This document shows, one piece after another, positions 24,001 through 39,000 of a stretch of 64,000 nucleotides of DNA (position 1 is its first letter; the number at the start of each line of letters is the position of its first letter). The notes beneath the pieces were generated by a model. That model had not been told where the DNA came from, did not search any database, and saw nothing but the letters and a program-made list of their open reading frames with translations. Both the position numbers and the translations under genes were made by a program. Origin of the DNA: Haplodiscus bocki (Eukaryota); the NCBI GenBank assembly GCA_965655095.1, contig OZ296652.1:103664001-103728000 (forward strand), in the 5' to 3' direction.

Positions 24001-27000
24001 CATCAACACCAGGTGTACCTACACCATCAACTCCAGGTATACCAACTCCATCAACACCAGGCGTACCAACTCCATCAACTCCAGGCGTGCCTACTCCCTC
24101 AACACCAGGAGTGCCTACTCCATCATTACCAAGAGTACCCACTGCATCAACTCCAGGCGTACCAACTCCATCAACTCCAGGCGTACCAACTCCATCAACT
24201 CCAGGAGTACCTACTCCATCAACTCCAGGCGTACCCACTCCATCAACACCTGGTGTACCAACCCCGTCAACACCAGGAGTATCTACACCATCGACTCTAG
24301 GCGTACCCACTCCATCAACTCCAGCCGTGCCGACTCCATCAACACAAAGAGTACCCACTCCATCAACACCAGGAGTACCCAGTGCATCAACACCCGGTGT
24401 ACCGACTCCATCAACACCAGGCGTACCAACTCCTTCAACACCAGGTGTACCAACTCCATCAACACCAAGCGTACCAACTCCATCAACTCCAGGCGTGCCT
24501 ACTCCATCAACACCAGGAGTGCCTACTCCATCAACACCAGGAATACCCACTCCATCAACACCAGGTGTACCGACTCCATCAACTCCAGGCGTTCCAACTC
24601 CATCAACACCAGGCGTACCCACTCCATCGACACCAGGCGTACCCACTCCGTCAACACCAGGCGTTCCCACTCCATCAACACCAGGTGTACCTTCAAAATC
24701 AACACCAGGCGTACCAACTCCGTCAACTCCAGGCGTACCAACTCCATCAACACCAGGCGTGCCTACTCCCTCAACACCAGGAGTGCCTACTCCATCAACA
24801 CCAGGAGTACCCACTGCATCAACGCCCGGTGTACCCTCTCCATCAACACCAGGCGTACCAACTCCATCAACACCAGGTGTACCAACTCCATCAACACCAG
24901 GTGTACCAACTCCATCAACACCAGGCGTACCTACTCCATCAACTCCAGGAGTACCTACTCCATCAACTCCAGGCGTACCCACTCCATCAACACCAGGTGT
25001 ACCAACCCCGTCAACACCAGGAGTACCTACACCATCAACTCCAGGCGTACCCACTCCATCAACTCCAGCCGTGCCGACTCCATCAACACCAGGCGTACCT
25101 ACCCCATCAACGCCAGGAGTGCCTACTCCATCAACACCAGGAGTGCCTACTCCATCAACACCAGGAGTACCCACTGCATCAACACCCGGTGTACCGACTC
25201 CATCAACACCAGCCGTGCCGACTCCATCAACACCAGGGGTACCCACTCCATCAACATCAGGAGTACCCACTGCATCAACACCCGGTGTACCGACTCCATC
25301 AACACCAGGCGTACCAACTCCTTCAACACCAGGTGTACCTACACCATCAACACCAGGCGTACCAACTCCATCAACTCCAGGCGTGCCTACTCCATCAACA
25401 CCAGGAGTACCCACTCCATCAACACCAGGTGTACCGACTCCATCAACTCCAGGCGTACCAACTCCATCAACACCAGGCGTACCCACTCCATCAACACCAG
25501 GCGTACCCACTCCGTCAACACCAGGCGTGCCTACTCCCTCAACACCAGGAGTGCCTACTCCATCAACACCAGGCGTACCAACTCCATCAACACCAGGCGT
25601 ACCCACTCCGTCAACACCAGGCGTGCCTACTCCCTCAACACCAGGAGTGCCTACTCCATCAACACCAGGCGTACCAACTCCATCAACTCCAGGCGTACCA
25701 ACTCCGTCAACACCAGGTGTACCTACACCATCAACACCAGGCGTACCAACTCCCTCAACACCAGGAGTGCCTACTCCATCAACACCAGGCGTACCAACTC
25801 CATCAACTCCAGGCGTACCAACTCCGTCAACACCAGGTGTACCTACACCATCAACACCAGGCGTACCAACTCCATCAACACCAAGCGTGCCTACTCCGTC
25901 AACACCAAGCGTGCCTACTCCGTCGACACCATCGCAGCCGGCTCCGTCTACTCCAGGTTCGAGCACATCGTTTTCGACGGTATCAGTAACACCCATTGTT
26001 CCCAAAACGACGTGTTAGATTTTTGCTATTTTTCGCTTGCGTGCATCGTTTTGGATAATATTTAAATGGATTTTTTAGCGCCACCATACGGAAACACACC
26101 ACCAACACCTGGTTATTTTTTCAACATTTTTTCAATCATTTTTTGGCAATATGGGTTACATTTCTTGCTTTGAATCACCTTGTCCATTTTCCTAAAAAGT
26201 CTTTCTGAAAGTGATCGGGTGCTGTCTTCTGAAGTCGAACTTTCCAGCTATCGAATCTGCAGCTCTTCATTCTGGTGACTTATCTTTTACGGTCTTTTCA
26301 GGACCTATCACTACAACTACTCCAAGCGAGTTCAGCAGCACAGAAAAACCATCTTGTGACCCAGCTTTGCCATGTGGTGAATCAAAGACGAGTGTTGTTA
26401 CCGAAAAATGCGACGACTCTCAGATTGATGACCCCAATTGTGGTCTGAAATACACTGACACAACTACCGTACATGGATGTTGTGAAGGTTTGTGAGCTAA
26501 ACAAATTCATACACGATCGAGCATGACAATTGCATTGGTTTATGAGATGAAAAATGAATTGAATTGACATATTTTCCTAGTTGGATCATTTGGGAGATTT
26601 TTGCATGATCTTCAACATTTATTTCAAGTTAACTTATCGATGATCTGCTTGAACAGACAAATAGGCAAGATATTTACCACAACTCCTTCCGAGTAATTCA
26701 ATTCTGCCACGCAAAATTGTTTTCTTTTGTTTCGTTTTTTTTTGTTGAGATTGCAGTTTTTTGTTGAAGAATGTATGCTTCCTTACGAAGAGTGTGCTGA
26801 GAACAAGACATGTGTGGAAATTCAATATGGATCACCTTCGGGTGATGGCTCTAGTGACGGATGTTGCTGTGGAGCGGACACCGTTTATGACGAGGTCACC
26901 AAGTCTTGTGTGAAACCAGATAACTGTGGCTGTGTGTACAATATGTCTGGAGAGTATAAGACATTCACTCCCATGGACAGCAGTGTCACGTACAAGCCCG

Positions 27001-30000
27001 AAGACTGCCCAGTCTACAATGCCGACTACGATCGTGCCTACATCCATGACTGCGTGTGGTAAGTCACCGAACCAAAAACAAGTCGCATACCGGTTCCGGT
27101 TATTTCTATGTTCCTTTTCGACATTTTGAATAATGAGAGTATTTTGAAAATAGTTCGACACTTAACTATTGATAGTTTTTGCACAATTTGTATGATTGTT
27201 CTTCAATGCTCGAGTGAGTAATTATGAGGAAAAATTAATGTCATTTGCAAGTTTACCACAAGCCTGAAAAATTAGACAAATGAAGTTCGTTCGGGACACT
27301 ATAGGCACTAGACCCCCTGCAAATACAATCTTTTACATTGCGCCATTTTTCAATGTGAGTGGAAAATCATGGACTCAACGCGTGCGTTTTTATACTTTTA
27401 CTTGTCAATTGGACGATTTTGAGCTTGAAAATTTTTTGTGACTAAATTGAAGCAAATTTGGTGAAGAATGCAAAAAAAGTAATAATCTTTCTTGAAAAAA
27501 TACGTAAATAGGTTTGTTTGTAAAAAAGTTAGTACTTTTTGGGAAAAAACTTGATTTCTTTGAAGATCAGGAAAAGTTGGCAAACTTGATTTAAAATGTA
27601 AATAAAATGGTAAAGTTTACTTATAATGTTTTTCACAACCAAAATTTGGGGGGTTTTCGAGAAAAAAGTAAAAAGTAAACTTTGGAAATTGAAAGAATAT
27701 GTAAACCTTGCTGTAGAAGAAAGGCACATTAAATAGTGATTTTTCTGAAAATGTTTTACCTAACATTTGGTAAGCGGAAATTATCCCGGTTGTAGTGTCA
27801 TGTTGTTTTCCGCCATATTTCAATAAAAGTAGAACAGCACTCACTAAACGCGTGCGTTTTTTACGTTCACTTGCCAATTGATGAATCTTGAGATATTATG
27901 AATGTTAGAAAAACGGTGAACAAGTCGGAAGACTGTATTTCGACGGTTATTCTTTTGGGTTATCTTGATTCATAATAGTCTTCGATGTTTACCTATAAAA
28001 AACGATTTTTCAGTTGAACAAAATTTACCGACAATTAATCGGTCATTGCTCTTTTCCCATTATGAACAATCTGCTTCTCCAGTTTTCATTGGGAGTCTTC
28101 GTATACGTTTTGGTTAGTATATGCTATTGATCCCTATCTATTCGGTACTTTGGCAAACAGTAGTCTTCTTGAGAGCCTACGGTTTTTTTCCGTTGCTTTC
28201 TATCACCCTTGCCTTTTTTAGACTCCACCCATACTCAATTTCTGGAAAGAAAATTAGCTAATTAAACCGTTACATATTTTTCACGTTTACATGCCAATTG
28301 ATGAGGTTTGACTGTCAGTGTCCACTAATATGACGAAAATGATGGTTTCGAAAGTGAACGTTTCTAATCGCCAAATAATAGCAAAATTGTCAAAGAATGC
28401 TACTGAAATAAAAAGAGTTCTCAAAACGTATGAAATTTAGGTCTTCTCTGAAAAAATTACATCGGTTTTTTCGAAAAAAAATGAGTTCTTCAAATATAGT
28501 TAAAGGTGTCAAAGTTGCTGTAGAAAACGTTAGAAAAGATGTTGTCTCTCAAAAATATCTTTCCATCATAATTTTCCAAATGTCTTGCAAAAAAAAATCA
28601 GAAAAACTTATGACTTCGAAAAATTGAAAAAACAAATGAAGACTATTACTTCAAAAAACGATCTCATCCTTTCATTAGGCAACTCTAACAAAAGTCAAAG
28701 GGGGATATGCCGCTAATAACCAGCCGTCTTGTTTACAATACATCAATTTTTCATACCTTCTGGTAGCATTTTCAAGTTTTTTGCTTTGACCGGAGCCGGT
28801 AAAAATGTGACGTCGGCACCAGAAAAGTTTTTATTGGCTATTGATTTACCGTTTTCGCTTGAATAACATTCAAAATCGTCAACCTCTCTAATTCTCAATT
28901 CCTTTTGTTCCACTTTGTCGTCCTTTTTATTGCATTATCCCTAAATTCGTCTCGTTCCGGATTTCTTTCGTCGGTAGTGTTACTCTCATCTGCAACGAAT
29001 ATCGTTTGTTTCTTTTCTGACCGGTTGGCCATTTTTTTCGGCATATTTTGTATATAAATATGGTGAGAAAATAAAATAAATTTTAAAATTTTTTGTCCTT
29101 TGTCACCGTAAGTATTATTAGTCTCTGATACCGCAGTTTGTACTATGTTTGAAATCACATTCGCAGTGATGGGCTTTTTGAAGTTTTTTCCCAAACTTAA
29201 ATGAATAGTTACATTTTTCACCTGCACCAATCGAGCTCGCGGCTTTCTTCAATTGGAATACAGCTCCTATTTTCTTTGCATATGGGTGGCCGTTCCACTT
29301 CTTGGCACTAATAGTTTGGTCTGTATCTGGGTCCCTGTTTGTTTCTCGTGATGTAGAAGGGTAAATTTTTCATGTGAAAAGTTTTTTTGTAAGGTAATAA
29401 GGGTGCCATTTGAAGTAATCGGTTTGCATGAAAAATGCAATGTGAAGGCGTTTCCTTCACGTCAGTCTGTACCGTGAATCCCGTCACTTTTATTGTTCTA
29501 TCCGAGCTGTTGAAAAGACTTTAGTTGTCTTTTGAAACTGTTTTGAACAAAGTAATACTAGATTGTATTGGCAGCTCGACCAATAGTGTGCTAACATTGA
29601 AATATGCCGTTATCGTGATATTTTTTTTATTCATTTTTCGCAAAATTTACAGTATGCTTCTCCTTTGTGTAAAAACTTTTTCGAACAGCCTGATGTTAAT
29701 TTTCTTCGGTATTTAAAAAAACTCCAGGAACTTTCCAGAAGTTTTACCATTGTTACCATGTCCACTTTTGCCCAATTTCAGCAACAGGCCACCTGACAAG
29801 TTATTAAAGCCAACATAAAAAAATTGAGATAGAGTTTCTTTCTTCTTCACAGTATAAATTTCATGTTAGGACAAATTGAAATTGTTTTTTTGTTTCAATT
29901 CCAAGAATTTAACGATTTATATCCTCACCAGCACGCATACATACCATAGATTTCCGACTTTTTTCCCATATCTTTCCATAAGACCGGCCACCAAAAGATT

Positions 30001-33000
30001 CTCTCGTCTCTGCACTTTTTTGTGATGCATGTTTTCCAAAATGAAATGAAATTAGCGTTGTTTGCCGTAAGTTTTCTGATACTACATTTTCGTCCTCGAC
30101 TTGTTGCACTTACCATCTTCTAGTTAGCTTTGTTGCCACGTCTTCATATTACTCGGACATTTGTTCCAATAGAACTTTCTACATGCACATCTTTACATTC
30201 ATCATGTCCAGATCTGCTGTGGTTTCAATATTTAGATTTTCAGAGTTTAGCACATATTAAGTTTCAGACCTTTTGGCATTTTCTTCAAGTTTTGAGCTGA
30301 CTACAGCCTTTTTTTGAAACCTGATTGATTCAGATATAGTTGAACGCATTGCTAGTACCATTACCGAATTTTTGGGAAATAAATATTTTGCCGGAAATAT
30401 ATAAACTCAGATTCTGTCGGTGTCCACTCCGTTTCAAATCAAATTGTAGATATGTTTGATTGTTCATCTGGTGTCTTTTCTTCTCCTATGTGTCGTTACA
30501 ATCGAATCATCAACCACCTAGTTTTTTTGAGTTTCCCGGTTTTTGCATTTCTAATTTCACATCGATGCGTACATTTTTTTCGCGTTGCTTGTCTTCATGT
30601 ATCTCGGTCAATTTTTATTGAGCATCTGTCGCAATGGGCCAGGTTGTGCCGGTTTTTTTCTCGAACAAATCTCTTTTCCCGATTTTTCCAGTGCTCTTTC
30701 ATCTGCAAACTTAACGGCTCCCTATCTAATGTTATCTGAAATTTCCTTCCTCATAAAGTATTTGGCGTTCTTATGTTTGTGATCAAACTTTCGGAAATTC
30801 TACTCAACAACTGCACTCCATTCCTTTTCCACTTCACGTTTTTACACTTTTTCTTGATTCTCTGTAGTTTATAAACAGTTTGTGATGTGAATAGCTTTAC
30901 CTTTCACGTTCAAGTGGCCTGTCGGTTTGCTTAATTCTGATCGGTACAAAAACTGATATCCTTTAGAAATTCTCTCCATCAATTTTTTAAGCGCAATACT
31001 TACCCAGCCATCTTCATATTTTTTGTCTGCTGTTGGTTTCTGGGAGGCATTTCGACTACTAAAAACTGTGAATTTATGTTCGGTGGGCTGTGTATTTGAG
31101 TCAAATATCAAGCAAAGTTAATCTGTATAGCCATTTTTCAGCCATGCGCTCTGACTACATTCGCTTCATTCTTCTTCAGTATTGGCTCTAGTGCTTGATG
31201 ATCGAAGAAATACTTTGCCATGTACAAATGAACTATATTTCTATCAAATCCTCAAAAATTTATCGCTAAAATTGTTAGATCAGCGGTAGAATATTTTTTT
31301 GTTTTAATTGAAGAGTACACTATCAAAAATAATCGGCTGTATCAATCATCTATTCTGCGATTGCCAGAATGTCAACCAAGATCTGTTCTGTGAACGATTT
31401 TTTTCACCCTTACAGTGGTTTAAACACTGTAATTTTGTCAATGTTTCTCTCAACTTATCGAATTTTTCCATCTCAGTTGTTCGTCCAGTTTCAGTTTGGG
31501 TTTTTCTCTATCGAACCTCCCAGATTATTATTTTTTTCCGGATAAAAGGTGTATAGCTTTTTTGCTCATCATTGGCAAACTCAGTCGTTTGGTATATTCC
31601 AGTGATGTTAATATAATGATAAAGACTGTTTTACCACTTTCAAATGGAACTCCGGCGTTCTTCAATTTGTCTTGTTATCTTGGTCTTGTGGAAAATGAAG
31701 TATTTACATAACTTTTTCTTTGTTCGGCTCTCCTTAATCTTGAGACTTTAGTTAGAACCTCCAGTTGTACAGATTTTTCATACATTTGTGTACGGTCTTC
31801 TCCTTTCAAAATCGTGGGAATATCAACTAGTCCCTGAACACCTTACAAACAACAGTTGCCGTTTTCAACCTGTAGATGCAAAATTACTGTAGCTTTTTGT
31901 TTCCATTGAAAATTTCAATAGTCCGCATGCATCTCGTAACTGTATTACTGTATTATAGACATCCATGGTAATTTTTTGTGAATCCCTTGGCAATGTGCTT
32001 AAGTGGTTCTTCCAAAAGTGGCACAATGGGGCTTTTTTTAAAAACAGTTCTCATCTATTTTTCTAAACTCAAGTTCAATAATTACGGGTTCAAAGGCATA
32101 TTTTCAACAGACCATCTCAGGTCCACCACGAGTCTGTTTCCCGGTTTAACTTCACTTCAGCTCCCTTTTAAACTTTTTACCCAAAATGTTCCTCTAGACA
32201 CGTAAAATTCGGCATTGACAAACCTGAAAAAAATTTCGCCCTAAGTCTAAGCAACTTTACAATTTCTGGTCATGGTCCAAAATTGCTTCGAAAATTAATT
32301 TTTCGAAAAATATCCTCAAAAAGTTCTTTGGGACACGTTCAACGCAGTTTGGACAGCCCTCCTGATAAACTTCCAACAAAAGTCTGAAAAAAATCATAAA
32401 TTTGTGAAATACTTCAGAAGAAATAATTCCTCGAAAAATTTTCTCTGGACACGCGGAATGCAGAATTGACAACCCTCTGAAAATTTTTCGCCCAAGGTCC
32501 AAACATTTTTCGCTCAAAATTCAAAAAAACTGGATTTTTTGAAAAAAAAGTAAAAAATGTTCCTTTGCACTCGTAGAAGTTGTTTTCGAGAACACTTTCG
32601 AAAAGAAATCACTTAAAATTGGGAAGAAGAAAAATATATAAATTTTTTTTCCCAAAAAAACCCTCCAAAAGTTTTTTTTGGGCAAACAATACAATTTCGA
32701 CTAGCTTGATGGAAAATCTTCTCTCAGGGTCCGAAAAATTTTCGCTTAAATTGCGAACAAAACATGAAATTTTTAAAACTTTTCAAGAAAATTTTCCTCC
32801 AAAAAATTGTTTGGATGAGTTAAGTGCAGATTTGATAACTTTGCCGGACTGTTTCTGGCCAAAGTCCCAAGCTTTTTTTTCAAAGTCGAGAAAATTTTTG
32901 AAAAAAAAATTCCCGAAAAATAGTTTTCTCGAAAAGTGTTCCTCCGGACACGTAAAATGCATTTTTAACAAACCTGCCCATTAATCTGCTTCAAAATTAG

Positions 33001-36000
33001 ATCTAATTGTTTGCGGTCCCATGATTTTTTATCTTTTGTCTGCGATAGACATTTGAAGGCTGAGCCGGTTTTGGCCGAACTTATCGAAGTCGTTTTCTTA
33101 TAGTTCAATTTCTTCCACATGTAGGTCCCCTGAATGACCGAGATTTGCAAAAGTTATCTGAATATTTCCTCGTTTGTCACACGCTAATTTTTGGTTGTGC
33201 TCCGACACGTTTTTTTGGAAAAGAACTTTGAAAACCGAGCGAATTTTGTCAAAAAAACGACGTTTTTCGTAGTTTAACTAATTTTTTTCAGGTGGTGCTC
33301 CGAAGTGCCTAAGCATCCAACCGCTTAACGACGCAACTCTATAACTACATGGTTAACTATGTTCACAATCCGACAGTTTTCGATTGACCTTTTGCGAAAG
33401 AGATTTGCAAATCGTGATAAAATCAAATAATTTAACAAAACTTAACTTTTTATAGGCCGTTCACTCCCAACTGTAAGGCTCCTAATTGCCTGAAAAATCC
33501 AAAAAAAAACAGAAAATTTGTGCCATCGCACTTCAATTTTTGATTTCGGTCCGGCAGATTTTGTATTCTCTGCGAAAAGAAAACTTGAGAAACGACCTTA
33601 ATTTGACAACTTGAACACGACTTTTGTCGATTTATCAGTCAATTGTTTCCTCATGTACGAATCTTACGAATCTAACTTCTCTGAATCTAATACAAGTTTA
33701 ACAGGAGCATTCAGTGTTCCAAGACACTGAGCATTCGGTGCTGTTCAACATTTTTTTAAACAGTTTTTATGCGAAAGAATTTTGAAAATAAAGGGAAATT
33801 CAACTGTATCGACAATAATTGTCATTTCAAAGTCGCTCGTTTGCAAGCACAGGAATTTAAATTGCCTAGTTTTTGTTCAATTTCCACAAATACACACTTT
33901 TTAACATTTTTCAACGAAAACACTTCAATTAGGTTCCGGCAATTCAATTTATACATCTGCTTTTCCGCGAAAGATATCTTGAGCATGGATCGGCTTTGGG
34001 TATGTCGAAAACTTCTGTGGGTTTCAAAACTTTTAATTATTTACCTAACCCATCAATTTATTTTAAGTTACAACAACCATTCCAAGAATTCTCAAATACG
34101 TCTGACAATTATTTCCTGTTGCAGTGACGAATTTTTTCGGTAATTTTTTTTGTGAAATTAACTTGAAAATTGAGCTTTCTTCAACATTTTCCGTCTTGTT
34201 TTAGCTTCCCCTACCGGAGGCAGGACCAAAAAAATCTGAGTTCGCCATGGTATAGAAAAAGACATATCTTGTTATTATATTACATTTTAGTTCCTGTGAG
34301 AAAAATTACCCTGGGGCTTTTATAATTAAGTGTCTTGGAAATCGAGCTTCTTTAATGTCAGAAACAGTATGTAAATTTGAAAAACTTTCTCGCGGCTGTT
34401 AGATTGTTTATTTTTTGAAACTTTTGTAGCTTTATCAAACGGTTCCCCTTAGGCAAAAAATTGTTTTCGTTTCGATGTCAATTTTTCCTTATGGTAGTCC
34501 TGCCAAAAATTTGAGAATCAAGTTACTTAGAACTTTTTTACTCAATTTGAAACTCTTATATCCTAAAAACGACTCCAAAAGTTTCGCACAACATAAAGGG
34601 AGTACTACAGTCGATTGTCTTTTACCATTTGACTGCAGTCACAGAATACACAAGTTCTTAGTAGTTTCTTTAGCCTCTGATACATGAAAAGCGAAGTATT
34701 TTCAGCAATTTGGATGAATTAACGTCAAGTCTAGTACTATGTCTCAAAAACTCAACACAAAAACGGCCCGGTTCTCCATTGACATAACACAAGACTACAA
34801 TTTTTTTCTAATGGTTCAAGGTTCAGCTCAAATTTTTTTCGGCAAGGGGACGTAATTTTTTTGACAATTTACAGTTTTGTCAAATTTCATTAACCTGAGG
34901 AAGTTGCCTTTCAAAACTGAAAAAATGTTCAATTACTGTAACAAGGAGGCTCCATTGTTCTCTCTCTTTTTAGGTTCACTTTTTTGCGTTATAATCATAA
35001 CGAAATAAACTTCCAGAACGGATTCTCTTCGCCAATTGAATAAATTGGGAAACTTTTATTGTCGATTGTGGAATCAGGGACTAAAAACCAAGTTGTTTTG
35101 GAATTGCCTAAACCAAAGACACTCCATCTGTTTTTCAAACTGTGTTTTGGTGGCAGTCAGTCATTTCTTGATAGATTTTTCCAGAAAAGTTCTGGGAATG
35201 ATATATTTTGACAACTTTTAAAAAGGCCTAAATTCATGTGAAATACGTGAAGCGCCTAGTTTTTTTTCAGAAAAATGGCACGACCTCCTTATTTATTGAG
35301 AAGTTCCTGCTACAAGTTAAGAAGTGAGCACTTAGTGACTGTTTTTTTTTCTTCAATTTCGTAACAGGCTGAGAACGCCAATAATGTCAGTATTATTTAC
35401 ATCTGAGCTTCCGAACTCATAAATCTGAACATCTACCAACATAAAGCATTTCATCACGGACTCAACTGACATTTGTTGACTTGAGAAGAAACTTCCATTG
35501 GGAAACAATATGCATCTGGATCTACGCATCAGAAGCTTGGCAGTCCAAAAGGTCCAAAAAATGATAAAAATTTTGACTATTCCCAAATTCAAATGATCAT
35601 TTTTCATTAACTGTTGGGGTTCAACCCCATCAAAGTAATAATTTTTGACTTCTTATCCTTTGACGGATCTTCCAATTGAAACTCCTCGAAAATTGCACAA
35701 GTCCTTAAGTTTCCAAAAGAGGCCGTAAATGCTAAAATGTGCAACTGCTATGGGTACTTCATTGATTTTCAAACTCATAGTATTCCAGAGCTTTGCTGGA
35801 ATTATATACTGCTTGCACAAGTGCAGTTCGTTTTTATTATAAACTAAATGTTTTGGAAAAATACGAATTCTAGAATCAAACAAGAATTATAAGGCGTGAC
35901 TTCTCCCGTCAAGGAATCAATCGAAAGCCACTTGTTGTATATTCCATCAATCTCTTCTTCATCCCTTTGACGGCAGACAACACAGTGCTACTGTAACTAT

Positions 36001-39000
36001 TGTTTGTTGTCTAACTGGTTTGTTTGGGCTAGCTCAAGACTTATGTTCCTTCTTTGCCCAGTTAATAATTTTTGCTTCTCTGGCTGGGCATCTGTGTGTA
36101 GGTGTCCATCCGCGCGCTTCACGGAATCTAAGTTTGCGATAAGTTTCCAATTCTTTTCATATTGTTATCGTATGAGTTTGTTAAAATGGTCATTCTTCCA
36201 AGTTAACCGTATTTTTTTTCCAATTTATCAGGAATGGTTGACTTTGCAATCTTTTTGTGTTATGTATTTTGTTGCATCAAACGTGTTGCTATACTAATTG
36301 TTGAGTTCGTTATCAAGAGAGTTTCTGTGAGTTCTTGGTTCGAAATCCATATAACGAAATTGGCACTGAGGAGATCTTTGGGCTCGTTGTTTCAAACAGG
36401 AACATTTTTTTCCTTATTTAGTTTGTTCCAGTTATCTTTTGGAGTTCCCTTTTCTTCTTGTTTCCCAGACAAAAATTATTTTTTTGCTGTGTTCTGTTTT
36501 CCTTCGTGGCATAAAGAGTTCTATAAATTTCTGTACTAGTTTTTCTGCTTCGATTCCGTAAAGATGGGTATTGTTGGCGCCCTTCACAGTTTCATCTAAT
36601 GATGGAGGACCAAATGCCTTTACGCAAAATTTTTGGAAAAATTTTTTTGTCTTAATGCTCCACAGCTGTCCGGTCCGTGGTATTGGTCGAAAAAAGCCGT
36701 ATAGTCTTTCTTGGTATTCGTTTTATGCGATGTTGAAACTCATCGACCATTTTTCCGAAGTACATAGATTCTTGCAGTCGAGTCTGGCGTGTTCAAGGTA
36801 TGGTGTGGTCAAGGTTGTTCCTGCAGTTGTTTTTTTCAAGGTAAAATTTCTTCTGATGGTTGCCAAAACCAATTCAAATTTCATCAGTACCTGCCTACTA
36901 TGCCCTGCTATAAAAATGGTGAACATGATGCGATAGTTAATGTCAACGGTTAATTTTTTTGGTCAATTTCATTCTTAAATGTCTACAAGTTTTCAGTATG
37001 AATGAAATGGCTTTTCAGTATGTCGGTCACTGTTTACCGGCTACCGAACGTTCAGTGCTTTTTTTGGATCACGGTAATGATAAAACGACTTTGAACAGTG
37101 GAAAACTTTGATTTGACTAAATGGTCGCAAACTTCCTGCAGAGTGTGATTTAAACACAAGGGTTCCTAAAAACGTACATGGTTACGGCGTGTTAATCAAA
37201 AAGAAGAAAAATCTTCAAAAATTGTGAAAAAGCAGGAACTTGCATGTAGATTGTGGGAAAGAAACTTAATGAAAAATATTTTTTGCAACCGAAAGTTGGT
37301 GTCTTTTGAAAACTTCTTCTTCAAATTAGAAAACTTAGCGAGTGTGGCAAAGAATGCGTATGAGAGGGTATTTCTTTCAAAAACGCATTCGGAAGAAAGT
37401 TGGAGGATGAAACTTTTTCCGCAGAGAGCCAACTGTCTTGCTTCTTTCCGTCGTAATATCTTACGACAAAAAAAACATTGTTCCTTCAATAAATAGAGGT
37501 TTTTCTTCTGTGATTTGCTAATTATGGCTGCGTCAATTGTGAACTTTTCAAAACCAAAGTTCACTCAAAATGACCCTCCTAGCACGTAAAATGCAGCTTT
37601 CACAAAACAGTCCGAAGCACTTCTGTTCATTTTTTTCCTGCTCGTTTGCCAAATCTGTGTTACGTTGCTCGCTCGAGCGTTTTCTTCTCTCAGTTTAACA
37701 AGGTCCTTCCTCATTCTTTTGTGTAGTCGTTGTTCTCATGAAACGAGGCTCGGACAAAAAAAAATCGGTTTAGAAGCTCACTACCGCCAGACATTTTGAA
37801 ACGTCTTTGGCGTTTTTTTCAACTTCTACCTGGACTTGACCATTTTTTACCGCAGAAAGATTTTTTTGAGGTATCGAAGCTTTTCAAACTTCCACATCTG
37901 CGACTATTAGTGAAAACTCGTGCATGACTTTTAAATTTTCAACAGAAATTTTGTAAATGACGCCAACTATCAACCTATCAAAAAAACAAATTTATTCAAA
38001 AAAATATATAAACTGAAAAATTTTTGTTTTCACTGTGAAACAGACATTTTCAAGCATTTCGTTTATTACAAATCCACAAAGCCACGGCTGTTAGATAGCC
38101 CACAGGTAGCGGCTTCAAACTGTCTTCTAGAATGCTTATTTTTGTAACATTCCACACTTTTGATTTCTTTTCCGTGATTGCTGAAAAGAGACGGAAAACA
38201 CGTTTTTTTAAACAAAACTTAAGATTCTTTTGACAAAATGGCTCTTCTCTCAAAAAGTTTCACTTGTCTTACCTAAGTAAAAAAATTTGCTTTCCAATAT
38301 TTGCAGAAACTTTTCCCAAGTTTTTTGAAATTTATAAAGCCAAAACTCCAAAAAAAGTCCTCAGAAATTTAATTTTGAAAAATTCTTGAACTTTTGTTGT
38401 GCTTTTTGGCTTCCGTTTCTTCTGCTATTCTGGGTCCTCATGTGAGAAGGAAACAAAAATTAGTTCAAAAAAGTCTTTATTGATTACCTCGTTCTTTGAT
38501 AACCGCATGCCAAAAAGCACAATAGGTTCTGAGTTTCGGATTCGCTGCATGTTGAAGCGCACCTTTCTCATAAAAAACCACATGGTTCAATTTTTTCATC
38601 AGTGCCCCAACAGACAACTTTTGACTTGGTGAGGAAATTTCAAAAGACAAAATATCAGGTTTTTTTGCGTTCGAATACTGATTGCCTGAACATACCAAAA
38701 ATGCTAAAAATAAATACAGATCTCGGTTTTACAACTCATCATTCTCAAAAAGTACCTGTTTGATGTTATGCATCAAGGTTCAATTGACAGTTTTTTACCT
38801 GAGGACTAGCATTGGCTCAAAAAATACCGAGTTGTTTCCTTCGTTTGGAGTTTTGATAGTCGGAAAGAGCTGAGTTGTGTTGATAATATTGACATATCTC
38901 GGCTTTCAACGTGATATTGCTTCAACACTACCTGTTTCAATCCTCCTGGAAATGTGTCAGTGAACAGCTTTTCCTTGGATGAAAACTTTTCAACACAGAG

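Noticed and set aside
23711-26005. 764-aa antisense (GVDGVGTP)n ORF and His/Gln-rich ORFs in other frames
   Set aside because: Shadow frames of the stop-poor 24-bp repeat; only the PTS frame is continuous and splices to Cys-rich exons.
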